Both the position numbers and the translations under genes were made by a program. From positions 8,848,179-8,912,178 of the forward strand of contig CAJINV010000003.1 in assembly GCA_905178155.1 (NCBI GenBank): a stretch of 64,000 nucleotides of DNA, in the 5' to 3' direction. This document shows positions 27,709 through 39,900 of this stretch, one piece after another. The notes under the pieces were generated by a model. It was given only the letters and a program-made list of their open reading frames with translations. It did no database searches and had not been told where the DNA came from. Position 1 is the first letter of the stretch. Each line of letters starts with the position of its first letter. Source of the DNA: Amoebophrya sp. A120 (taxonomy: Eukaryota; Protista; Dinoflagellata).

Positions 27709-28802
27709 TCACGGCCAGAGGTCCTCCGTCGCTAGCTTCGTGAAAATCACCGATGGATGTTACCAGCGTACGCCTTGGCTGGTGTTCTGTTGCTAGCGTA
27801 CGCGGATATTGCCAGCGTATGCTTTGGCTGGTGTTCGTGTTGATGATCCACCTGGCGCTGCTGTGGGCTGCCGATTCGGTCTCGTGGGAGCGTTCTATCT
27901 TTTGCTTTTCCCATGCAGATGAAAATTACTCTGCCCGCGCCCTCCTTGTTTTTCAGCCCGAAATAAGATTGCCATCACCGAAGCCTCGAGCGCCGAAAGC
28001 TGCGAAGTAAACTATAAACGCGAATGAATCAATATACAGAAAATAGAAATACTTAATGCGGTCCTGGGTTATCATCTGTAAAGATGTGTGTGAGAGCCGA
28101 GCTGTAGCTGTACACTAAGCGCTAAGAGCGCAATAGCGACAAGCTACTTGTATCTGTAAAAAAGCGACTAGTAATTATCTACTTCAGGGTAGTTGTAAGC
28201 ACTCTAATCACATTCGATTCGTACTCAAAAAAATATCTAGTTTTAGGGGGTACAACATAACAAGAAAAGAGATATTTCTGGCCAATCAACGCCATCAGTC
28301 AACGCCCACATCGAAACAACGCCAGCGTAAAGCGCTACAACTACAAGTGCAGTCCACGAGTATGATGCTGTAAGTTGTTTAGGCGGGGCAGCTGGTTTGT
28401 GTTTTTCTTTGTCTGCTTGATGGGTCTAATATTTCTCCCACTTTCTGGATCAACGTATTGAAATGCAGGATGGTTCTCCACCTCCAATCCCGTCTTGATA
28501 AGGAGCTCGTCCTGCAATCAAAGATGCTATAAAACACGGGGACGGCGGCCACTAAAAGAAGGGTATCGGTATTATATATATTTTTTTTTGCCAGCCGATA
28601 GAGTTATGATGAGGGATATTTGGGGTTATGTCGAAAATACAAATCCAAGAACTACAGCAGTCTACTGCTCGTACTCTAACTCTACCAAATAAATGTGTCG
28701 TCATTGATGTTCGTAGCCTGGAAGAGAGATTGGATGAGTTAAAAAGGCATGAATTACATCTTCACGTATGAACATGATGCAGCAGAATTACGTCGATAAG
28801 CA

Positions 28803-31800
28803 GTACCTGGTGGCTTCGTGGGATCGAAAACTTCTGGCGGAGCTGTGGGATCACTTTTCACCCCTTCCGGAGGCGCCCCCGGGGCTTGCCGCCGGCGCCT
28901 TCCGGGTGTTGCGTTTTCTGTCCGGCCGCCGCCTTGCCGGCCGCGCGGGGTCCGGCAAGCTTGCGCGGCCGCGAAAGCATACCCCGGAGGGGGCCCTCGT
29001 GGAGTCGGCCAACATTTTGCCAAGAGGCGGCGGGCCCCCTTCTGGTTGTGTGGAGGATCGCCCCGGCCCCCCAAGCCACACCCCACGCCCCGAGGCTTGG
29101 CGGAGCTGCGCTCGTGGCGCGTCTGAAAGGGAGCGGGCGCTGTGCCCCCTGCGTGCAAGGGCCTCTCAGGGGCGCGTGCTCTAGCGCGCCCGGCATTGGG
29201 GCCAAAGGGCAAGGAACGCAATGCGCCCAATGCCGTTACGGGCCAACGACCTGCCTCGTAATTTCGCGAACCCCCCGCCCGGGCCCAGACGAATGACAGG
29301 GCCCCGGACGAAGTGGGCCCGTCGGGCCTTTTTCTTCCCCGCAATGCCAACACCACGCCGGAGGGGGGGCGCCGCCGCCATTTCTGCACAGCGGCAAGGC
29401 GGGCGGGCAACGTCCGGCCGGCGCGATCGGGCAGGCCACTAATGGGCCGCCACCGCTCGCGCGCCGCGCTGGCCCGTCTAGGGCCTTGGGGCACGCACTT
29501 GGCCCCGCCTGTCCGCCGGCGCAAAGAAACAAAATCCGCGAGGCGCAACAGAAGGCACGAAGGCGCGCGCCCGCCCTTTCCCTGCGTTGGCGAGGGCGGG
29601 GGCTTGGCGGCCCCGGCGCGTATCTTTGGCGGCGCCGGCCTTGTTGCGGGGCCTACCGCCCTCTCCCGTGCTTTGCTTGAGGCTGTTGGCCTACCATCCT
29701 GCCGGGCGAGGGTGTGGCGGCCTCACCTCTTGGCGCGCGACCGGGGTGCCGGCTTGCGCGAGATCTGCCGCAGCCGGCGGCGCCGTGGTGACTGAACTCG
29801 CACAGGCGCCGCGCTTGCAATTGGCCGCGGGCTCACAGAGTGTGCCTATGCGCTCGCGCACAGGAGGGGCACATCGGCAAAGCCTTCGCCACGGAGGCGA
29901 GCGCGCCGAATCGGTGGGAAACCAAAAACGCGGCCCAATGTTGCGCGGCCTCGTCGGGATTTTCCCAACTTGTGCCCGGCCTCTATTTGCTCTAAGTGTG
30001 CCCGTGGGGTGGGGCATGCGCATCACCAACACACAGGGGCGCGCCCCTCGGTGCATTTTGGGAGGCCGCGGCGTCTCGCTAACAGCGAATGCCACGCGGC
30101 GGGCCCTCGACGAAGTGGCTCCCGGAGGAGCTTGACGTGGCCAGCCACCAAGCTGACAGACAAAGGCCCTGTAGGAATGGGACGCGATGTCTTCGAGTGT
30201 CGCCCAAGTGCTCGGAACCCCACTCGGGATGCGAAAAAAAACGCATATCAAAATTCTCAGCGTACTTGAAAAAAGCGTCGTTGACGCCGCCATACAGTAC
30301 CTGGTGGCTTCGTGGGATCGAAAACTTCTGGCGGAGCTGTGGGATCGAAAGGTACCTCCGCACTAGGGTGTCGAAAGGTGCCAAAGTCTCTCCGCAGCGA
30401 CCAGTCGTCGCTTCTGAGTGATATTGCCACCCATGATAGAGCAAGCTCCCCACAGAATCGGCTTCCTGGCCTCCCTCCGACCTAGAGCAGACGCGGCGGC
30501 CGCGGCCCTCTAGCGTCTACGCTTGCCGTCTGGCGCACGGGTGTCGGACTGACTCCCCGGCTGCGCTGTGCGCTACTTGTGCTGAGAGTGAGGGCCACTC
30601 AGCCTGTCCACGCTGCGCCTCAACCAGAAGCACGCAATACATTTTCTCCCGAACCGCGCGCGTGCGCGAGGATTCACGGACAAGCGACCCCGGTCTCAGC
30701 CGTCGCGAGTACGTGGGAGCCGACCCTTGTCGGCCGAAGCGGCTGCGTCGCAGCTATGTAGATTTTCTGGGCGTTACGCCTCGCGCAGTGATCTGCGCTT
30801 GCACACTTCGTGCTCGGTCCCCAGTCGAGGATCTGCACTCGCTCCTCAGCTCGGAAAGCGGATGCAAGCTGGCCGCGGCAGTACCCGCCAGCACTTGGCT
30901 TTTCAAACTTACTACTGCGCTCCTCTGGCTCTGTTCCGCGCTTGCTGAAGACGTCAAGAGGAAGAAGCGCAAACTTCGATCGCGCGATCGAGTCGGGCGG
31001 CGTTTAGCCGAGACGGGGCACTTGCCCATTTTTTTAGCCAAGCAGATACACCGGGGGCATTGAGGATGAGGGGCCCGGCCCTCGCATACCTATCAAATTA
31101 CCTACCCTTATCTTCTCTCTGCCTGGACTCACAGGCTCGCCAGCGGTTCGAAGATAGTGAACATTTATTTTTTCATCTTCTATCTAGCGGATACTTGTTT
31201 TACATGTCAACCACGTACAGGCGGAGCTTCTGGAGGCTAGTTATGTCGATAAGCCGTACCTGGTGGCTTCGTGGGATCGAAAACTTCTGGCGGAGCTGTG
31301 GGATCGAAAGGTACCTGAGGGGGTCCTCAGACCCCCCCTCTATACTAACGCCCAACAAGACCTAGGTTTTTTGCAGTCCCCACGCTATGGTCCACCCAAG
31401 GGGGGTCCCGAGACCCCCACCAATAACCCCCCTGGATGGGCCGGAAGCTTTTGCCGTGTCTTTCGAATTCGCAGAAAACAGAGCGGCGGCCCTTCAAAGA
31501 AAGCACACCCCAGAGCATCCGGAAGAGCGCGAGAGCGTGGCGCCCGGACTGCAGACCGATACCCATTCCAAGCTTCGCCCAGGTGGCTTTTTTGCATGCG
31601 CCGCTGCCCCGGTCAAGGGCTTGGTGCGTGTGAATCCTTTCCCGGAAGCGTAACTGCTTCCAACTAAAGGACGGCCTTACGTACGGTACCTGCATGAAGG
31701 CGGCGGAGTTTGTCTACCGGCCTGGTCCGTCGGGCCCCGGGCCTGGCCAGGGGAATATGAAAACAGAGCCGAAGGGTGTTCCGCGAAAGGAAAGGAAGCG

Positions 31801-32269
31801 GCTCGACACATGGAGCCGATCACAAAAACACACACAAGCCCCACCCGCTTTGGCAGGTGGGCGCGAGATAGGCGTTGCCTAGCAGATTCCGTCCTTGCAC
31901 AGTGCGGGCCACCCGCTGGCTTGGCCTAGAGGGCCAACATGGCGGGTTGCCTGTGTCTCGGTCCTGGGGGCTCTCGAGCCTGTGGGGCGCCCCTTACAAA
32001 ACGGCTGGCAGGCTACGAGGTGGATCCCGCATCTGGCATCGACCCAAGTTGTGCGATGGCGGGCTACTTGCAGTTTGCGTCTGCCTTCGCTATAATATGA
32101 CCAACTCGGCTATGTGCGTGACCTACTTGCAGTAGGTCGCTTCGCGAAGGTAGATAACAATTTTGAAAGTTTTCTATGGATTTAATCGTTGGGCGCGTTA
32201 TATAACAAGTACCTGGTGGCTTCGTGGGATCGAAAACTTCTGGCGGAGCTGTGGGATCGAAAGGTACCT
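28803..32269 (-). repeat. Array of four identical direct repeats (putative micro-exons encoding VPFDPTAPPEVFDPTKPP) with long diverged GC-rich spacers
   Basis: GTACCTGGTGGCTTCGTGGGATCGAAAACTTCTGGCGGAGCTGTGGGATCGAAAGGTACCT occurs at 30297-30357, 31256-31316 and 32209-32269; its first 50 nt occur at 28803-28852. Spacers are 1444, 898 and 892 bp. Confidence 0.95.
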
Positions 32270-32972
32270 GCGGAAACGAGGATAAAGGTCAATTTGCGTG
32301 GCACGCTGCCACTTTGGGAACCAACAGAAAAGGCTCTGCTTCTCCTTCTAGTGCTATTGATAATTGATGTTCGTTCTCCTCGACTGTCGTCCTTGCTACG
32401 GACCATACACGAAAACTAAACTATTCGTCTGAGATTACAATGACAAGGAGCGGCTTGGTCTCAATTCTTCATTATCGCTTAGCGCGTTATTCACAGATAC
32501 ATACTAGGACGACTAAATATTGATCCTACTCTGTATGGAGCACCAAGCAGAAGCACATATTCGGTCAAGTTTGATCATCAAGTCATTCATGATCTTGCTC
32601 CTCATCCGTGTAGTTCTTTTTTATTTCATCATGTAATATGTACTACATTTAATGCTACAGGGGCAAATGACTCGTGGGAATTCAGCGCCTCACAAGAGGA
32701 AGAGCCGCCCAAGCTTACAATTCTAGGGAAGAGTTTAGTGATAGTGTCCTCTTAATCTTCTCTGTCCGCTTTTTTGCACTTTTTCTCATTTCGGATCTCC
32801 GCGTAAAGTAGCTGTCGCTGTGAAGTCGAAGTACTATGTGTATTCGAATAGGCATCTGCGATAATCAGAAATACAGGAGATGGAGAAAGCGGCAATGCAT
32901 AACCCTGCTCGTTTCGAGAAAAACCGTATGAGAAAAGAAGACTCAGGCCATGCTCCTCGGATGATTTCACAG

Positions 32973-33195
32973 CGCAACACCTGCGGCAAGTGCATCCGCT
33001 ACAACGAGCTGCATGGAGACATGCCGGAGCGTAAGCAAGTGGAAGATGACTACTGCCGAAACAAGCTGTACCTCCTGTGCGCTAGCCGTGCCCCCGGCCG
33101 ACGAACTCGACGAAGATGCGCCTCGACCTGTCATCAAGCCTGTTGCTAAATATGAAGGAGTAAGAAACAAGCGGCCCTATTTGAAACCCGAATGA
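32973..33195 (+). pseudogene. Plus-strand coding-like fragment with an apparent frameshift near 33080
   Basis: TTTCACAG acceptor followed by C/G-ending codons (RNTCGKCIRYNELHGDMPERKQVEDDYCRNKLYLL). The coding-like pattern continues in another frame (ADELDEDAPRPVIKPVAKYEG...PE*). Confidence 0.35.
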
Positions 33196-34350
33196 GAAGT
33201 AGGATCATGACGTAATGCAGCGATTGCAATATACCCATCTTTATAAATCATGACATCAGGTCAATGTCGTGAGATGAGAGCGAGAGGTGCTACTCACTGC
33301 GTAAGAACTTAGAACGCTTTCCTACTCACTGCGTAAGAACGCTTTCACTTGCAATGAATTCAAATTCAATGCTCCAGCAAATGGGCAATCGCGCAGCTAC
33401 AAGTTGAACGACAAATCAGAATCACACGCTCTCTCAACCACGAGGGAGAAGTACTACAAAAAACATGAAAATCAAGCTTTTTCGTGGTGTTTCTGCTGGT
33501 GCAGAAGTATTTAATTGATTGACAGTGGACTTCTCACGGACCAAGGACTATCCGGCTTCCTCGTCCGATAATGCAAGGTTCTGCGCCACGTTTTCTGCCG
33601 CCGCTAGAACCGGGGCGCGACTTATGAAAGAAAAATCTGATAGTACTGAAGTCTGCGATGGTTGTATGTTCTTGTGCTTGACAATTTAGTAGCAAGCTTG
33701 TCCTTGTATGTGCGAAATCGTTTGAAAAATGCAAATCGAGCTGGCACCTCCTGCTCCGTACGCGTACTACACTTTGTCACTCTAGAAGAAGATTGCCGGA
33801 CTTCATCGTAACAATTTTTCTACGAATACCCATGGCACTTCCAAAGTCCATGACTTCACTTAGATCCCATGCGCCAGGCTGCTCGGTATTCGGGTCCCAT
33901 GCTCCCGTTGCGGCGCCAGTGCCGTCATCTCCCGAACTGTCTTGTGAAGCGCAAAACTCGCCCCGGGAACCTCACACCACTGCATGCACTAGCCTCATCA
34001 CGCAGGACTCGGCAGCAACAGCTGCAGCAGCACTGCCTTAACTTTATGACGTATTCAAGGCGGCCGCGTACGCGTTCCCCTTCCCTGCCACTTCATACTG
34101 ATATTGGCGCTCCAGCTCCTGACACCCAAATACAAATACGGCAGTAGCTACGCGTGTCGTCACAATGGTGATGGTCTCAGGCCCAGGCGGGATCACTTAC
34201 CACATAAGTCTTCATCTTGAAAGTTCTAGTTATGTTCTTGCTTCTGTCTCATTTCGAAACCTCTGAGGTATGATGCCATTGTGAATTTATAATGATGTAA
34301 ACGCTCCGTGATCAAAAAGATCGACTTGCTCCAACTCCTGCAGCTGCCAT

Positions 34351-34929
34351 TTATGATTTGCTTGAGTGTACTAGGCGTGAGCACCAGGAACGAGCTGCTT
34401 CAAGGGATAGGTCCGCGGAAGACCAGGACTGTCCAGAGGACCCCGCCGGCGTCTCGGGTGCCCAACTTCCTCCGCCTCCGAGCCAGTCGTGCAACTCTTG
34501 CTCCGAAACCGCTTCATTGCTTCCGGAGCCCGTACCTCCTGCTGCCACATCGTTCTCCGTAGCCGCGGCGCCCTCGTCTAGCATATCGCCTCCGCCCCTT
34601 CTGCTCTCTGTGAAGGGATTGTTTCCAGCAACCAAAGACGACGACGCGGCCAGAAAATCGTCCACAACTGGCGACGCCGGGGCCGGATCTGCGACATCTT
34701 GCATCGCCGCTCCATCCCGCTCGTCGACATCTTCATCGCTGTCACTGAGAGTTCTTGTTCTTGACATAGATATAGAAGAAAAAAAAAAAGATATAGCTGA
34801 AAAAGACATGACGCGGCCCTCAACTTCTTGCTCATCTAGTTCATCATCATCATCATCATCACTGAGCTCGAAAGCAAGCATTCTTCTAGTACTAGTTTGT
34901 TCTTTAAAAAATATCATGGTCGTGATCAT
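34351..34929 (-). CDS. Acidic low-complexity hypothetical protein exon(s)
   Basis: Open frame with D/E tracts and a composition similar to the other exons; boundaries are uncertain. Confidence 0.4.
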   Translation of the reverse strand: MITTMIFFKEQTSTRRMLAFELSDDDDDDELDEQEVEGRVMSFSAISFFFSSISMSRTRTLSDSDEDVDERDGAAMQDVADPAPASPVVDDFLAASSSLVAGNNPFTESRRGGGDMLDEGAAATENDVAAGGTGSGSNEAVSEQELHDWLGGGGSWAPETPAGSSGQSWSSADLSLEAARSWCSRLVHSSKS

Positions 34930-36976
34930 TTTTACAACTGCAAATCAGGAGCATTACGGTTTAGCTGCTGCAGGCGGTGCCGACGGATCAAAAGCGTCGC
35001 CCTCGTCGGCCATCGCGAGACGCTGGCACTGGTGGCTCTCCGCGCGTGACAAGGAAGCCCCACGACAAATTTTAAGCAGCGCGGGCTCGGAGAAGCTCGG
35101 GCTCGGCGAAATAGATCTATCGACGCTCGTTGTCAGACAACATCCTCGTCGAGCAAGAAGATCGAGCAGGAGGAACGACTTCTACAATAATCAAAAGAAG
35201 AAGAATAGAAATGCTCCTCCTGTCCGGACAAATTATTCCCCACCTACCGAGCGCTCCCGCTTCTCCATCCGGTATTCAGGAAGCCCATGCTGAGGACGCG
35301 CGACCCCCGCCCCGACCCCGTGATTTGCACGTGACTCATTTCGAAGGAGTCGGTGGATCATTCTACGCGGCTTGGCGAAGGCAGCATCGACAGAAATGTG
35401 AGTATGTCTTGATACGCCGAGCGCCAGTTTATTGGCTTCTTGATAGTACAACTAACCGAGTGCTAACACATGACTCACTCAAAAGCTGCTTGGACACCGA
35501 GTGCAAGAAGAGTGACGAGGCAGGGCGATGCTTTGAGTGATAGTAGAGCTGCGGCAAAAGTGTAGACGCAGAGCTAAACTATGTCGGGTGATTCTACGCT
35601 ACTGCGCATCCGATTAGAAGCAAGCTCTTCACGAGCAACTGCCTCTACATCATGGAGACTCTCTTCAAAAATGTTGATGCAGGCGGAAGATTCACGAGCG
35701 ACTTCGACTAACCAAATAAATGATATGATGACGATGGTACAACCAGCAAGACCGAATACCACATGAGGCGAACGCGAAGGCCTAACAGTTGCGTTCGTTA
35801 CAACGACAGAAATGTGTTGCTCAAGAACTATTTTAACATACATACGTGACATGCTTTTCATCATTCGTAAAAACCGATTGTATGTTTTTTGATTATCCAA
35901 CAGGCAACACATGATCATCAGTCGGACATTTTACTTCTCTATGCACCCAGATTAGCTATCAACGAAAACAACGACGTCGGAGATGAGAGGAGCAGGGACA
36001 TTGAAAGTAAGACTTCACGTTCCCCGCTCTTGCTGGCCTGGCCGCGACCGGTCAGGCACAAGCGCGTTCCTTGTTATTGCTGTGCCATATTTTGCTCTCC
36101 AACTCTGGCAGCGCTTTTTCTTTTTACGTTTACCGAGATGAGCAGAAAACGGACACGGATTCATTCGCAACACGGGACACTCACGAAGATGGATGGACGG
36201 GGCGCGTCGGTGCGATTCTATTGCTCTTGTTCTGGTATTATTTTTCTTTTCTTCGAATATAACGAACTGAATGTTGAAATATTCTATACCTCTTCATCCG
36301 TCGAGGTATTCCGATTTACTTTGCTCGTCTTTAGACATGCGAAAACGTTAAAAATGCAGTAGTAGTACCATACTGGGCATCAAGATCAATAATGAAAAGA
36401 AGATCCCGATGCCAATCGCGGCCATTATTTCGATCGGACACTCTCACTGATGACAACATCAGCTCGTTAGTGAAGAGTAAACAAATCCAAACCATTCCAT
36501 CATGACGTGCTCGTGAATGAGCTGCATGACCCGACCTGCTTCTGCGAAAAAAATGAATTGAGTCCATAAAAAGTACGGCAACAATCAAGTTCGGATCTGT
36601 TGCAAATGCAGTCCAATCCGGATAAAATCGATCACCAGCACATCAACTACGCCCGATTATATGTTCACTTAATTCGTTCGCACAGAGGGACTGGTAAGAG
36701 CTCCTACTTCAGTAGACGTGTGCAGTCGAGTCAACCTCCTGCTCCTCGATGAAGACGAAGACGTGCACCGAAGTAATAATTGGCGCAGCTGCACATAAGT
36801 CTATTTCTAATATTTGACTTATTTTACTACAACTGCAGCATGCATGGAAAAGAGGACCAAAGAAAATAAGCAAACGCTTCTTGTTCTCCTTTCCGCTGCG
36901 ACAGCACCATCTCCACCGCCCACAGACCCGGGAAAATAAGTAAAGCCGCTCCACCTTCTACGTGCCTTCTTTAGAG

Positions 36977-39900
36977 TCAGTAGCCGCGGACCGCTTTTAA
37001 TTCTTCAGACTCCGTCGTGTAGAAGGGTATGGATGACTCCAATACGGCATCCACCTTAGCGAGTAGTGCTGCTGGAATGAAGTGCTCGATATCGAACATG
37101 TTCTTCAAGACGTTGTCGCTATGCAGCTCGACTCCAGTCTCCTTGCCCACGTCCGTCTGCATCATCTGCGCACGCATGTTTGGCTCCGAGATTTGCACTA
37201 CCTCGTACGTTATCAAATGCAAAAATGTCTGGGTCTGGAAGAGTGTAAACTTGTCATGCAGGTTCTCCATGAGCCTTGAGGTCTGGAATGCGGGACCTAG
37301 CATGGCAGAGTCTGTGAGGTCTCTTTCATGCCTATCCTGCATGAGAAACTCCCTCCCAACTTGGTCGAAAGTGGGCAGCTTTTGGCTCTCATGCAACACA
37401 GATTTTTGCATGATTCGGATTTAGCATGACAAGCTGCAATCTTCCAGACCCAGACATTTTTGCAATCCATATACGTCGGCCCGAGACTCAAAATCTGAAT
37501 GTGCTTTCCGTCGGTACTATGAAAGTAGACCACTCGTCTCCATTTCCCTAATTTGAAGCAAAACACCAAAGAGGAAATCACCTAGAGAAAACGTGACACC
37601 GGGACCAGCAAAAGGAACAAAAGTGTTAACATATTCATCTCGATGCGGCCACAGCTGCCTTTGCAAGACAAATAAACTACTCATGGAGTGTAGTGTTGTT
37701 TCCCTCGGCTTCCAAGACTTGTCGCGCAAACGGTACTACAGACCCAAGAAACGCAGAGACAGGGTTTTGCATGACAAATCCGGGGAATGGGCAGTTCGAG
37801 TTTTTATGCACTGTCATACATACTATCCTTGCCCGATTCGGCGAAAGGCTTGAACTCCCACATGTGTTTCGGATAAATCTCACTTCCTGGCGCGCGCACC
37901 TGTGTTCAGTTTGCAACTAAAGAGGCATGCTTTGGCCTGCTAATATTGTCGATATCAAGCAACTCAACTACTTCTTGAGCAGGAATGTTTTTTATCAACC
38001 CTTTCGCAAGAGCTACAACTCACGCTACTGCTATCTTCCCAGCTGTGTGCTCACGCCCATGCGTGACCACGAGTCTAAGTAATTCATACAAAAGTATATA
38101 CTTATTTTTTGAACTTTTAGGTAGCATCCTCCAGTTCCAGTCATTCTTCTTAGGGTCGTATTCTTTGACTTTTCACCATTCCTTTTCCTCCAGTTCCAGT
38201 CATTCAGAGTTGGCGAAGAATAATAAACATGAAGCAGTAGCAATTTGCGCATGAGTTGTGACAAACAATTTCTATACCTTGACAGGATCCAATGTTTCGC
38301 TTCCCTTCGCTGCCTCTTCTATTTTTTTCAAGTGCTTTGCGAGGATGAGTTTCATATTCATGTGGATCATCTGTGCGTGAATCCAGGCTCCGAACGCCAT
38401 CCGCTCTCCGTTCAAGTGGCGCTCGCGCCCGGTACAATCACCCATGACCCACATATGCGGAAACTTGGCCGACAACTGGTTGGTTGAGAGGCAGTTGATG
38501 CTGTGGTCTGCGGGGTTGTAGATTCCGGGGTCGACTTTTTTCAGGGATTCTCCGAGGATGGATTTGTTCAATTCTAAGGAGTACCCAGTGCACCTGCGTG
38601 TTCAAGAATTGATGTATGCAGAACAAGAAAAAAACTCATGTTCTTGAGCGTCTACCTCTAGCTCGACGTCGCATCCGCAATCGCGTACTATACATGCACG
38701 CACTACTTTCCTCTCTAGGCAGTTCTTGTATTGATTTACGTATTAGTTTACATTTCCAGACGGGAGGACCACGTGAGAAAAAGCACCGCAGATTCGTGCG
38801 ACCATGCAAACTTTCGGATTAAATTTGCTTGCACGAACCGCATCTACGTACAGTGCCACTGCCTCCACTGCAGATTGAAGACAAAGAATAACGCGCGAAC
38901 ATAGCTCTTCATTACTCATCAGCAACTTCTAACTTCTACTTACATCGGTACCAGAACTCGCGGTCTTTGCTGGGATCAAAAGGCACGGATAGACCCGACT
39001 GGCACACGTAGCACTTTTTCACGGGGTCGAAGTGCGTGACGCGCTCGTTGAAAATGATTTTGGCGCCCAGCTTCTCCAGCGTGTTCTTCGCGTGGTCACC
39101 AGTGGCGGGGTGTGCGCGGCTTACCAGCTTGGAGCCAGAATGCACCAGCACGACCCTCTTGTTCGGAAATGCTGTGATCAGTTCTCCGCAGAGCTCGGAT
39201 CCAACAACACCACCACCGATCACAAGTAGTTGCTCGCACTTTGCCACTTCTCCGTGCAGGTAGAGCATCTGTTTCTTGCGGTAGTCCAGACTGGCGTTAT
39301 CCGTCTTGATGTAGCTCTTGTACACACTTCCGGTCGCGATCACGCAGTAATCGAAGGGCACCACTCGCTCTCCGTCATTGATCACCACGTGGTCCGCCTC
39401 TATCTTGGTTGCTCTGCCCACGACCACCTGCCCCTGCTGACCCATGTAATCGCTGTGCCTGCAGAGCGTGTTTCCCATCTGCTTTTCCGGCTCGCAAACC
39501 ATGCGCAGCACGGCCATGGTGTTCTCTGCGTAGTCCTTCAGATCGATCAGCGTCACCGCTACGCGCTCGTCTGTCAAGTTGCTCCACAGTCGCCGCGATC
39601 CTGCGCAAAAGTATCGCACTTCTCATGCTAGGTAACAATTAAAATTGATAGCCGCCTCGGCGGGGGTAGTGAGGTGCCGGCTAAGAACTTACTCTTGCCT
39701 AATATTGCGGCTGCTGCACTAAAGTGAAGTGCTGCTCTTTTTCGTGTACACCATACGCTCGCGCGTAACATTACTCCCCATGTTGTTCCAGCTCCGCTGT
39801 GTCGTTTTTTTCAAGCCCCACCTTATTTGATTGCAAACCACCGGCCACCTGCTACAAGCTTCATTTTATCCATGTGCGAAAACACTCTCGACTGCCACAA

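Noticed and set aside
30296-30357. U1 snRNA-like 5' end (AGTACCTGG vs ACTTACCTGG) or spliced-leader RNA genes
   Set aside because: Similarity is limited to 7 nt. No U1 stem-loops or Sm site are conserved downstream, and there is no match to the dinoflagellate SL (CCGTAGCCATTTTGGCTCAAG).
28803-32269. CRISPR array or integron cassette array
   Set aside because: Spacers are 0.9-1.4 kb without convincing genes, there is no cas or integrase gene nearby, the context is eukaryotic, and the repeat has codon-like periodicity and splice-like edges.
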